DNA of 64,000 nucleotides from Raillietiella orientalis (lineage: Eukaryota), in contig JAYWIR010000003.1 in the NCBI GenBank assembly GCA_036172245.1, positions 4,960,001 through 5,024,000 of the forward strand. Reading direction: 5' to 3'. Under the pieces are notes generated by a model. That model did no database searches. It saw only the letters and a list, made by a program, of their open reading frames with translations, and had not been told where the DNA came from. This document shows, piece by piece, positions 12,059 to 23,140 of the stretch. Numbering within the stretch: the first letter of the stretch is position 1; the number at the start of each line of letters is the position of its first letter. Both the position numbers and the translations under genes were made by a program.

Positions 12059-13942
12059 ACCCAAAATGTGGTGCATTCCCGAGCTCATCAACTTATGAAT
12101 TTCACTTGGGTTATATTGCCAAAGGGTTTGCTGAGCATCAACACCAAGCGTTCATCCGAAAATAAAAAATCATACGTCTTAAGAAAATCTTGTAATTTAA
12201 GCAAGTTTACGATCCCGAATTTTTAGTAGTTTCAAATGATAATTGGTGTGGTTTGATGTTTGTGTTCAATAAAACAGCCGTGTTACTGGATTTCACAATG
12301 TGAAGATATGTAAGGTCCATATGTGTCTTTACAGGGTAGATGGAAAGCTCGAGTGGCTTTATTAGTTTAATCGCATGAATGAGTGATCCATAGCACAACT
12401 GAAAGCATGGAAACGTGTGAAACTTGTGTGTTATTGGGATAACCATCAGTATCAGTAAAAATACAGCTCTTAGCAATGAAAGGAATGTGCACTGTTTTAT
12501 TCAAATTTGAAAAACGGTTTTATAAAGTTGTTTTCTGAAAAACTATTAGATTAAACTTTAAGTATCCATCTGAACAATGTTCATAAAAATCCTAATAAGG
12601 TATTTCAGGCATTTCACTTAAAATCATGTTTTGTGCACTGAGTGCTTCAGTATTCCAACATGTTTAGCAGTGCACTTGTATCATATGAAAAGCATCATTT
12701 GTCCAGCATTCCTGTTCAGATGATAATTTTTAAATTGCCATTGTGTAGTTGATCCCTTTGCTGCCATATTGTGAACTAGTAGAAAGTGTAGTGAAGTTTC
12801 AAGAACATATGCTTTCCCAATGAGATATTTCAAATATCCAGAAATAAGTATGTACATGGAAAACGGCAATTTCTCTACTAATTAAGGGTTAGGAATAAGT
12901 TATCTGCATAACAGTAGTAAAGCTAAATACGTTCACTCATGTGTGATTGAAAGTTAATAGAAAAGTTCAAAGTGCCAAATTTAATTTTGGAACCTCAACA
13001 AAATTATTGTTGAGGTTCGAAGTTATGTCGTTCTAAAGAGTGAAGTTTCTATGCAATCATATCTAGGGGACCAAAACAAGATCAGAAAAATAAAAATCAT
13101 AAGGAATACACTCCACAATTTCTGTAGTCCTAATCAAGGATAGCACAGCAATGCAGTTACCCCCAATAGGGAAGCAGTGGTTCCACAACTAAGCTCAAAT
13201 AACCAGGTATAACCAAGTTCTTAATTCGGTTAGAAGAGGCAAGAAAACATATTGCTCGAGGAAAGTTATTTTGCAACGTGCCACAATAACGTGTTTTCTG
13301 CCAAACTTGGTGGACTGTCTGGATGGGCAAAAATTCATTAGGTTGCAAAATTGTCTCATTCATTTCACGTTCAGCCCCGGTGTTCTCCCCGCGAACAAAC
13401 CGATTGCATTCGGAATTTCGGTCGCGAGAAGTAGTCAACGGCAGCTGTGCACTCTTTTGCCGCAGGGATTTCGGGATTCACCGCAGACCTGCCGCAGCAT
13501 CCACCACACGGCGCCCGCGGAGGCACGTCGTTTCCCGGAAGGGACGTCTCTCGCATGCGGTTCGCCAGGATGCTCGCGCGTCCCGAAGATCGGGAGCGTG
13601 CAACTTTGGGGAACCACGGAACAGTCCGTCAGGTAAGAGGTTGGGGTGCCCAAGCACTCAGCCGTTTGCTGTCGAGAGCGCCGTGGTCAACCACTCGTAG
13701 CGCTCATCTCCGTGGCTTCCCACGGAGACCGTTGCCACGCGACCCGCTGCAGGGTTCCTTGACCCAAGGCCTCTGCAAGCATCATCTGCGTGGGCGCCTC
13801 CCCTCCCTTTCCCCCCCCCCCTTCCTCATCACACCTCCGTCATCTCTGGCACTCCTGCCTGCCGCCGCACTGGGCTGAGCGCTTCTTCAGCAGCCGCCCT
13901 GCCGGTGCTCATAACCGGTTCGACTGTCGGGAGAGCGCCAGC

Positions 13943-13970
13943 GTGTGTGTGTGTGTGTCTGTGTGTGTGT
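13943..13970. repeat. (GT)n microsatellite
   Basis: gtgtgtgtgtgtgtgtctgtgtgtgtgt read directly. Confidence 0.9.
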
Positions 13971-14981
13971 ACACTTCCAGGAAATTCCGTGGCGCATTTC
14001 CTATTCCGCACACGGTGCCGTATCTCACTTAGGTAGTTCATTATGCCAAGTTACGGCGGGCTTCCAGCGACACAGAGGGGCAGGTTTTGGCCGGAAGCAA
14101 ACAAACTCATCCTCCTTTGTTTACTTAATGATGCATGAGATGCAATCATAAGGCGATATCAATTGCGACAGCTCCTTTCCATTTCTTCCTGTTTTTTGAT
14201 CCATGCGAAAGCAATGTGGCTGCTGGTGTTTATCCAAGCAGCCAGACTCCGGAGTGAGCAGGCACGCATCAATATTTGCTTCTACGAAAAGTGGGCTTCG
14301 CAACTTTCCGTTCCTCCCAAATTTCTATGGCTACCGACGGCATGGCGTTAACTTTTTTGCGTATTCTTGGGGGCTCCGTCGCCTCGGGACTTCTTTCCCC
14401 CCCCCCCCCCATCGAATTTGCAAGACCCCCGGGCATCTGAAATTGGCGCGGTTTTCAGGAAAAACGGGTCGCACTCCCGAAGGTGGTAGGGTCTCCTTTG
14501 TTCCGTGTTCCTGTTGTGGGAGTCCCGAACTCTGCCGCAGAACTCTGCTGGAGACGCGGTCTTCTTGGGTTTACGACGTCCGTTTCCGTTTCGGCCGACT
14601 GCTCCCCTCCGTCCAGTCAAGCTGCAAAGAAAATCGCTTCCTCCAAAGGGATCCGTGGGACGGACGAAGGCCGAACGACAGGGCCTCGAGGGTGGAGGGA
14701 TGACCCGCAGGCGCTTCAACAAGTAACGTACTCTTCGGGTCCCCATTTCTTTACGCATCCGTCAGAGGGCAGGGAGCGGCACCGGAATCTTCTTCCTTGC
14801 TCCTTCCCCAGCTGAATCCCGGCAACACGAAGTGTTCCGGGTCTGACCCGAAAGGTAGCCGCGAGCCTCCCCTGCGGACTCCATGCCTGGCGCCCTCGCG
14901 ACGGGAATCCAAAGCGGGGAAGGCGGCAACGCGATCAAAGCGGTTCGCCTCGCCGAACGGTCTCTGCCAGGATGCGTTTCG

Positions 14982-15011
14982 CGCACCTTCCGAGAGCTCT
15001 CGGAAGGTGCG
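14982..15011. repeat. Perfect 30-bp palindrome
   Basis: cgcaccttccgagagctctcggaaggtgcg equals its own reverse complement. Confidence 0.95.
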
Positions 15012-15105
15012 TTTGCGCCTCTCCGTTCCGCAGAGGTCTCCGAACTGCTGCTGCTTTTTTCCCGTCCGCGAGACGACCGCGAGGCCGCAACTCGACCAAG
15101 CAGGG

Positions 15106-16805
15106 GCGCACAGGGCTGCAAAGGACTCGGGGCGGACGGGATAGCCGAGCTGCGCAGCACGGCCGCGCGATGCGGAGGGGGGGAAGGGAGGATGGGGGTG
15201 CCCCATGGCGCTCGCAAAGGTGTTGCCTTTCGCGACGAATCTTTCTTTCCTCCGATTGTCCAGAGAGTGTCCAGTGTGTGCCCCAAGTCGGAACACCTGG
15301 CAGGCCTGAGCTTTCAATAGCTCCTGCGGCCGCCCTCTTCTCATGCCAAGGTCGCGTTCGGTCACTGAGCAGCGCGGAAGCCTCGACCATGCCGGAGTAT
15401 CCTGAGCGACCGCGCCGGGCACGGCCGCGCGCCTCCGCGACTGGCCGGACTGATCGGGCGTTTCCCCGTTCGCTGCCGTCGGACTTTTGCTCCGGCGAGC
15501 GGCAGTCCTGCGAGTTTCCCGACGCCCGCTGCGGCGGCTTCCTGGCGAGAGTCTTGCTAAACCGATTCTGTCCACGTGAACAGAATTTTCCCTGCTGAAG
15601 CGCATGCGAGTGCCCATCGCAGGCGCGTCTTTTCCTGTTCTCAGGAAGGACGTTCCTCCGAAATTCTGACCACTCGTTTTGGACAGCAGGTTCGTGGCAT
15701 CTTTGGTGGCCGCGAGAAGGGACAGCGAAGGCGGCAGCAGATCCAGGGGGAGGTCTCTCCATACTTCGGGGCGGAGGACCCTTCTTAAAAGATCTTCTCA
15801 GAGATCTTCCTGGAAGATCTCTGAGAAGATCTTTTAAGAATCCTTCGTGAGGACACATCCGAGTCTTTTCTTTTGTGGTGGGATGTCGCAGACGAAGAGT
15901 GGGATGGACTTTGCTGGAAGCGTGGACCACGTGGATGGAGTCCACGCGGCCAACGCTTCCCGACAGTCAGAAGGCAAGAAGAGCTGCCCTCTGGCTGTAG
16001 GGAAGGGTCCTTTGACTCGATGCAGCTCCTCCCATGGAAGCAGCTGGGCGTGCGTGGAGGGGTGAGCTACGTGGTGTGTCCAGGGCGAGTCCTTGGGCGC
16101 GGAAGAGGCTCTTCTTTTCCAAGACCCCCTTCTTCCTTTCTCCCTTTCCCCTTGTTTGCTTGCCGGTTCCCGGAGCACCCCTGCGCAACGGGGGACTTCT
16201 CCGGAGTCGCGGCCCCTCCCGCGAGAGCTCGCCGTGTCACCCTCTCCCGCTTCTCGCCCATGCGAGGTGGGGGGCAGATTTTTCAGGAGTGGTCGCTCGA
16301 CTGATGACACTCTCTCTCCGCTCGGCATGCACCTGGAGCGGGTCAGCAGTAGCCGAAGGGGAAGACGGGGGGTGGGGGCTTCTCGATGAGTGGATCTTCG
16401 GGAGACGGGACTTTTCGCGTGCGGAAGGGTCCGTGGGTTTTGCGGGGGTCTCCGTGACTTGATCTTCCAGGCGGAAAAGTCGAGAGCACTGGGATCGCAG
16501 AGCGCGCCTCCTTTGTCTTCATCCCTGCCGATCCTCGGACACGCCGAGCCGGAAAGAATGGCTGCGGGCAGACAAGTCGTTCGTGGGCGCTCCTCCTCTC
16601 CTGCGGCGACTTCTTCCTCCTGTCGCAAGGAGGCGACACCGGAAGGGGGTCCTCCAAAGGAGGAAGTAAGAGGTGGGGATCCTTTCCTCATGGTCCATTC
16701 GCAGCATCTGTCCGGCGCCTCCTCCCTTCCCCCCTCCGCATCGCACGGCCGTGCTGCGCACCTCGGCTTTCCGGTCTGCCACGAGTCCTTGGCAGCCCTG
16801 TGCGC
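15106..16805. repeat. Inverted repeat pair of about 86 bp (15106-15192 and 16720-16805)
   Basis: gcgcacagggctgcaaaggactcgggg...gatgcggagggggggaagggagga aligns with the reverse complement of 16720-16805, with about 7 substitutions and a poly-G length difference. Confidence 0.85.
15782..15840. repeat. 59-bp palindrome (29-bp perfect arms, 1-nt spacer)
   Basis: ttcttaaaagatcttctcagagatcttcc-t-ggaagatctctgagaagatcttttaagaa. Confidence 0.95.
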
Positions 16806-17155
16806 CTTGCGGGGACAGGACGCACAGGGCTGGGTGACCCACCCTTCAGCGGGGTTCTCCCTGAGGCACGGAAGAGGATCCACACCGCCGCTCCTAGGAC
16901 CTCGGTAGGCTTCCTGCAGGCGGTGGTTCCGAGAGGGGGGGGAGTAGGGCCTGGGAAGCGAAGTCGGCTCGCCTCCCTCCTCCGGAAGTGGGAGAGGGCA
17001 GGCGTTGGGCGGCTTGCCGTAGTCCCGTCTCGACGCCCAGAAGGACGGGCAGCAGCGCTCACGCTAACGAAGGAACCGCCGGCCTCGCACGCTTTCGTAC
17101 GCGCGCGCTGCGTTGCTCCTGCACCGGCCGCACTACGGGAGTGGAGACGCCCGCC

Positions 17156-17199
17156 ATTTTTCATCCCCCAGGAGCCTGGGCTCCTGGGGGATGAAAAAT
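17156..17199. repeat. 44-bp palindrome (21-bp perfect arms, 2-nt spacer)
   Basis: atttttcatcccccaggagcc-tg-ggctcctgggggatgaaaaat. Confidence 0.95.
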
Positions 17200-17930
17200 C
17201 GCCCCAGAGGTGAGGAGAGGAGTATTCCGTGAACTAAAGAGGGGGGGGGGGAGGAGGAGGAGAGAAGGCAGGAGCTCCGCGCTCCCGTCTGGGCGCAGGG
17301 TGATGCGAGCTCCGTCCCCTCCCCCTTCCGCCTGCGGGACCGAGGGCGCGCCCTTCGTCGCTGTTCCTCCTTCCAGAGATGCGCGGCGCGTCCCCCGGAA
17401 GAGTAAGACGACGTTCCGCCTCCCAGGGAGGACAAGGAGTCGGCATTCCTGCCGATTCTGCGCACCGCCAGGAAGACCTGGGAGGAGGGGAGTGGGGAGG
17501 TGTGGTGCGGGACCTCCTGGGCCACCATCTCCGAGAGGGACCCCCCAAGTAGATCTCGGGCTGGCTTGCGAGGAAGGGTAGTTTGGGCGGCAAAGCGCGT
17601 TCCTTCTGAGCAGTTACCCCGGATGGTTCTCTTCCCCCTCCTCCCGAATACCCCCTTCCTTCCCTGGAGAGGGCTGCTTTTGCTGCGGGCGCTGACCGCG
17701 CCTCGTCCTCAGACCCCTCTTGCCTTTCCTTCCGCTGAAATCGCGGCGCGGAAACGGAAGCCCCTGCCCGCGAGCGTCCTTGGGAATCGACAGGGGCGGC
17801 GGCCCCTCCCTGCCCCGGCGCCGGCGCCGGACCTCCCGGGCGCTCTCGGAGGCGCGTCCTGCCGGGCATGCGCCGGGCGGGCGCGCCTCCCCCTTGGAGT
17901 CCCCTCGGCCGCCTCGTCCACGCAGAGAGG

Positions 17931-18059
17931 ATGCTGGCCGCGTGCTTTGCTGTGCTATCGCTGTCGCTCCTGGCGACCGGTTTCTCCCCCGTCGCCCAGG
18001 GATACGGGAGTCTCCGCGGGTACGGTGGAAGGTGGCGGACCGTCGGTCCAGAAGCACAG
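17931..18059 (+). CDS. Allatostatin-C-family prepropeptide, putative coding exon 1 (signal peptide)
   Basis: MLAACFAVLSLSLLATGFSPVAQG-YGSLRGYGGRWRTVGPEAQ has a hydrophobic core and an A-x-G cleavage site. It ends at a phase-0 CAG|GTAAC donor, and a cgcag acceptor lies 5 nt upstream of the ATG. Confidence 0.7.
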
Positions 18060-20348
18060 GTAACAACGCGGGCTTGGGGCTGGGAGGGCTGGAGGGAACA
18101 GCGGAAGGATCCGAGTCGCTCCCACCCACCCACTCTATGAGAGGTCGCCGCGCGCAGGCTCCTCGCCCTTCCGCCCGGGGGAGCACCGCCACCGCCTCCG
18201 TTCGGCCTTTTCCTTCCTCTCTCGGTCGCCCTTCCTCGGGAGGAATCCCCGCGGCCCTGGGGAGAGGAGGGCCCGCTTCTCCTCATGGGAGGCGACCAGG
18301 GACCCCGGCATGCGTATTCCTCGCGCGGGTGAGGATCCCCTCATTCCGGACCGGCGCACGTCCCCCAGCCCCTTCGACCGCCGCGCCATCTCCGCGGAGT
18401 AGTGATGGTGACTGTGAGGAGCACCCGCGACCATGGAAACGGCAGTTCCTAGAAACGCGCATCAGTGCCCGCCCCGCCTCGCCGATGCCCGCGGTTTGTA
18501 GGCGACGAAAGCTAGAAGAGCTTCCTCCTCCTCTTTCTCTTCCTCTTGTCGTCTCCCGTCTCATCGCCGCGTACGGTCCTGCTGACCTCACGGATGCCGC
18601 GCGCTCCCACGGAGAGCTGCTGGAGCGACCGCACCACCTTCGCCGCTGTGCGCCACACCAGGCGCAGGCGATCTGCCTCCTCCCCGTTGTCGCCCACTCT
18701 GCGTAAGGGCGGACGTGTCTCCCACAGGGATGCGCGCCATCTGAGAGATCGCGGTGCAACAATGGCTTGCGTGCCTCCCAGTGGCTGGCGTGAGACTTTG
18801 AGCGTCGCGCCGGACGCTAGATGGGACTGTTTCACGGTCTCCCGTGCTGCGGAGTGCTCCCAGCTGCTGGAGCTCTCCCCACGTCCGTCCGCTCGGGTTT
18901 CGGGTGCACCCTGCAGGTCTGTTTGTTCCCTTCCCTTCCCCGTGCACCTCTCTTTCCCTGCTTCGGTCCGCAGGTGGTGCCCCCGCACGCGCGCGGGAGG
19001 AGAGAAAAGAGAGGAGGAGAAACACGAAGATCGTCCTGGATGCACCGATGGCGGCGACGGCGGCCGTCGCCTCCGCTGCTGCTGCAGAGTGGGAGCGCCG
19101 TCGTTGCTCCTGTAATTTCCGCGCTTCCCATAAAGCGCTCGTAACTTCGGAGCGGATGAGCTGGATCGTCCTGGATCGTCGTGCTCCTGCCCTTCTGCAG
19201 TGCAGTGGTTGCCATGGCGATCCCGAAAACGAGGTGCCCATCGTCCGCTACCTAGTCATGGCGCGCTCATCGGCCGGCCACAGCAGCAAGAGCCCCTCGT
19301 CGCCGTTGGGACGGGGGAGAGGAGAGCTACTGCCTGGTTCAGGGAAGGATCGAGGAGATTCAAGGCGAGGAGGACGAAGAGGAAGAAAGGAACACGTCTC
19401 TCGTTCGTACGGTCGCCTCCGTCGCCCAGAGCGACGGGAAGAACGTCGGAGGATGGCGGAGATGGGCTTCCCGCTGCTCTACCCTATGAAGTCTCCAGAG
19501 AGGAATCCTTCGCAGCCTCCACAGGGACTTTCGGAACAACAAGAAGAAATTTTTTTTCCCTTCCCCTCCGCCCACGCTTATTTTCCCATTCCTCACCCGC
19601 CATGCGTCCGCCTCCCCCGCGGCTGGTACCACACTTCGCTCTCACCGCCACCGCTGCCTCCTCTTCCCGGGGACACTCGCCCGCACGCCCTCCCGGGAAG
19701 CCGATCTTTCATCGTTTCCCTGATTGGGCACGCCCGGGTCTAATTTTTCCTGATTAAGGGCGGCTCGGAGGGCGCGCACGGGGGGTAGGGAAGGGAGGAG
19801 GAGGAGGAAGAGGGGAGGGGAAGACGTTACGTGGCCGCCAGAGCGGGGCGCTCGGATCGATCAATTTGTCAGACCCCTCGCCCCCTGCGGCGAAGAGGGC
19901 GCGGAGTGCTCGTCAGCCTTCCGCGACTGGCGGCGGGAAGGCGAGAAGCCCAACGCTCAACGCGGCGGGCGACCCCACGCCTGACCCCTCAGAGGTCGGC
20001 CGGTTGCCACCGTCGGCCGGAGCAGGAAGCCCGTAAGCAGGAAGAGGCGTGGAAGGTCGTGGGTCCCCTCCCTCGTCCAACTAGGGGTCGTCTTCCTGTC
20101 TGCACGGACGGCCGCTACACCACATGCAGGCAAGGGAGGGCAGGTGAGGCGGAAGCATCCGTAGTGCAGCGGGGGTTGAGACACGGTCTCCTGCCTCCCT
20201 GACGACGGAACATCAAGGGCAAGACGCGGGGTTGAGTGGGGGAAGGCGGCGGTGACCGTGGCAACTGACTCTCCCCTGCAGGATGGGGAGATGAGGAGGT
20301 CTCGCACCCGCTCCTTCCACTTCTCCTTCCTTCCTCGCACCCCCGCGT

Positions 20349-23140
20349 GTGCCGCGGACGCTCGCGGGAGTGCGTGGTGACGCTGCCATCCCCCTTTCCT
20401 CGGCGAGGTTTCTCTCGCGCGCCCTCTCACCCCTGGTCAGGCCCCGGAGCGTTCCCCTAGACGGAAGGCGCGGTTCGTTGTTGGCCGACCTGTTGGACGC
20501 GCGTGCGAGGGATCAGGCAGTCAGCCCCCCTGCAACCCGGAAAGGGGAGGGTGTCTAAGGTTACGCCGCTTCCTCGCGACGGCATGGCGGCACGGAGAGA
20601 ATCCGTCCGCCTCCAGCATCCCACTCGGAGCCAAGACGTGGTGTCGGTGCGGAGGTCTTCCGCCGCTGGACCCGAGTCCAACCTGAGGGGGTTCCAAAGG
20701 TGCGGCGGTGGTCACCTGGCTGCCCTCTGGTGCCACGCCGCCGACTCGGATGAGGCGGCCAGCGCTCCTCCTCCCCTGAAGGGACGTGCGTGGCGGGGGG
20801 GGGGGTTGGCTGAGACTCCTCCTCGTTGTCTCTTCCTTCTTCTTCCCATTTTTTTTCCCGCTTCCTCCTCCGAGAGCGAGGGTGAGGAAAGGGGTGGGAG
20901 AGACAGAGGCATCGGCGAAGGAGGAGAACCGATCAGCAGCCTCATCTCCTTCCGATATCTTCCGGAAACGTCCCTCTTCCCCGGGGAAGCGGTCCGGCTT
21001 CGGCTGTGGCGGCGTCACGTGTCGGGGAGGGAAGGGTAGGGAGAGCTGCCGCCTCCCTGCCCTCCGGAAGCAGAGAAGGAGTGATCAGGGGCGTCCGTGG
21101 CAATCCGGAAGCCCCTCTGGGCGGGGAGCGCGCGGATCAGTGCCCTGCATTTCCGGGAGTGAGGTGGGTCGGTCGGAGGTGTTTCCCGCGTCTCCTCCTT
21201 CGCTCCCCCCCGCGCTCCCGTTCGAATGCGGAGCGGGCGGCGGGGTGCCTGAGAGTTTCCTCCCCGGGGGAGGGGGGGATCCTTGCGCTGTGAGGAGGCC
21301 TCTCCTTGCTCTCCGGTCCGGAATGCTCGGGAGGCGGGTCTGGGAGGTAGGCGGCTGCCCGCGGGCGCGTGAGGTGGCGCTTCGCGCCGGTCGCCCGTGT
21401 GACGACGGTGGCTCTCTTGTTGCAGCTGCCGATCCGCAGGGCAGCCGACCGGACAAGTGAGGAGGAGGAGGAGCTGTACCAGGACATGCTGGCGTCCATC
21501 TACTCGGCCCTGAAGACCCCCCCGGGGAAGGCTGCGCTCGCCGACGCACGGGCGAGCAGATCTCTGGCCAGAGGCGGCGACAACGCGCCGCCGCCGGCGC
21601 CCAAGGTAGAGAGGCGCGGAAGAGGGAGGGAAAAGGGGAGAGGACCGGAAGAGGGCTCGGCGTCTTCTGGCTCCGATCCCTCGCCGGGCACGCTCCAGGG
21701 AGGGGAGGACGGACCTGGGGTGCGCGACGGGAGAGGCTTCTGCGATCGTTCTCGAGGCGACCGCGGCGCCACGGACGAGAGGAGCGGTCGGAATCCTGCC
21801 CCCCGTCCCTTCGGAATGAGGAAGGACAAGGGGCATGCTGGCCACCCTGAGAGCGTCTCTCCCGCGAGAAGTATTCCTCAGAGAGGCATTTGCACCACTT
21901 CGAGGAGATGGCGCTTCCGGCGGCTGCGGACACATCCCGCCGCTGCCACTCCTTCCTTCCCGTCTCCCGAGAGCGTCCCGCGAGAAAGGGAGGAACCCTC
22001 CCCCACCGCCCCTGCTGCCTCGCTTGCGGCGTCTTCCTCCGTAGATCGTGCTCCCGGGAGGAGTTCGGGAGAGCTCGTGGGGTCGCTTGGGGGATGGAAT
22101 GAGGGCTTGCACGCTCCTTCTCTTCCCCCTCCCCCGAGGTCACCTCCGCCTTCCCTCGCCGCGCGCACTCCCGCCCCTTTCCACTGCCTAGCCCGCCTTC
22201 TTGTGGGGCGCCCGCCGGACGCGACTGTTGCTGCCGCTCCCGGGGGAGGCGTGGATCCCGCTGCGCGCGAGAGCCCATATGGACTGGAAGGGGGATCCAC
22301 CTGATAGCTTTGCCGGCTACCGCGGGATTTTCCCAGGGAGTCCCGGGGAGATGCGGCGGGAGCCATCCGTCCGGTCCTCGGCGTCCGCAGGGGTCGTCCG
22401 GCGGCCAATGAACGGGCGACGCGGGCGCAGATCGATGGAACCTTTCCGGGGCGGCGGGGAAAGGGTGAGGGGGAAGGAGTGTCCCCGAATCCGAAGGAGG
22501 ACGAGGCTCCAAGCCGTGCCTGCGGGAACGCTCCCTCTCCTCTCTTTCCCCCCCCCCCCCGCTTCCATCAGCTGCGCGTCCAGGTGAGGGGTGGCTGCCA
22601 GGAAGCGGAGGGCGTCGAGAGGGAGGGGACAGAGGCCCACTCTCTCATCGCCCCTCCAGGGAAGGCTGGCCGGCAGCCCCCGACATGAAGGGGCATTCCC
22701 CGCCGCAGGAGGGCAAGAAAGTGGGGAGGCGGGGGAACCTCGCGCCCGTCCCTTGCTCCTCTCCTCCCTTACATCCCCTAGCATTTGCGTTTGTGCCGCG
22801 TGCCCTAGCGGGAGTGAGAGGTAACGCTACCACCCCCTTTCCTTGGCTGAGACTCGCTCTTGCATCCTCTTCTCTGCCCCTGACCAGGACCCAGAGCGAG
22901 TCCCTAGGGGAAAGGCGCAGAACGTTGTTGCCCGACCGGTCGGGCGCGTGTGCGAGGGGCCAGCCCGTCAGCCCCCCTGCGACCCGGAAAGGTGGTGGTG
23001 ATCAAGGTCAAGCCGCTCGTTCGCTATGGCACGGCGGCACAGAGGATCCGTCCGCCTCCAGCATCCCTCTAGGAGTCCGGTGGTGGTGTCGGGGCAGGGC
23101 GCTTGGAGGACCTTCGCCTGCAGCCGCTGGACCCGAATCC
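20349..23140. repeat. Diverged direct repeat of about 340 bp (20349-20679 and 22793-23140) flanking the neuropeptide exon 2
   Basis: Collinear shared blocks include gtcagcccccctgc.acccggaaagg, atccgtccgcctccagcatccc and gccgctggacccga.tcc. Confidence 0.8.
21426..21605 (+). CDS. Allatostatin-C-family prepropeptide, putative exon 2 (pro-region)
   Basis: ctcttgttgcag|CTG...CCCAAG|gtagag, 180 nt, phase 0-0. LPIRRAADRTSEEEEELYQDMLASIYSALKTPP... has an RR site, an acidic stretch and an amphipathic helix as in neuropeptide pro-regions. Confidence 0.6.
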
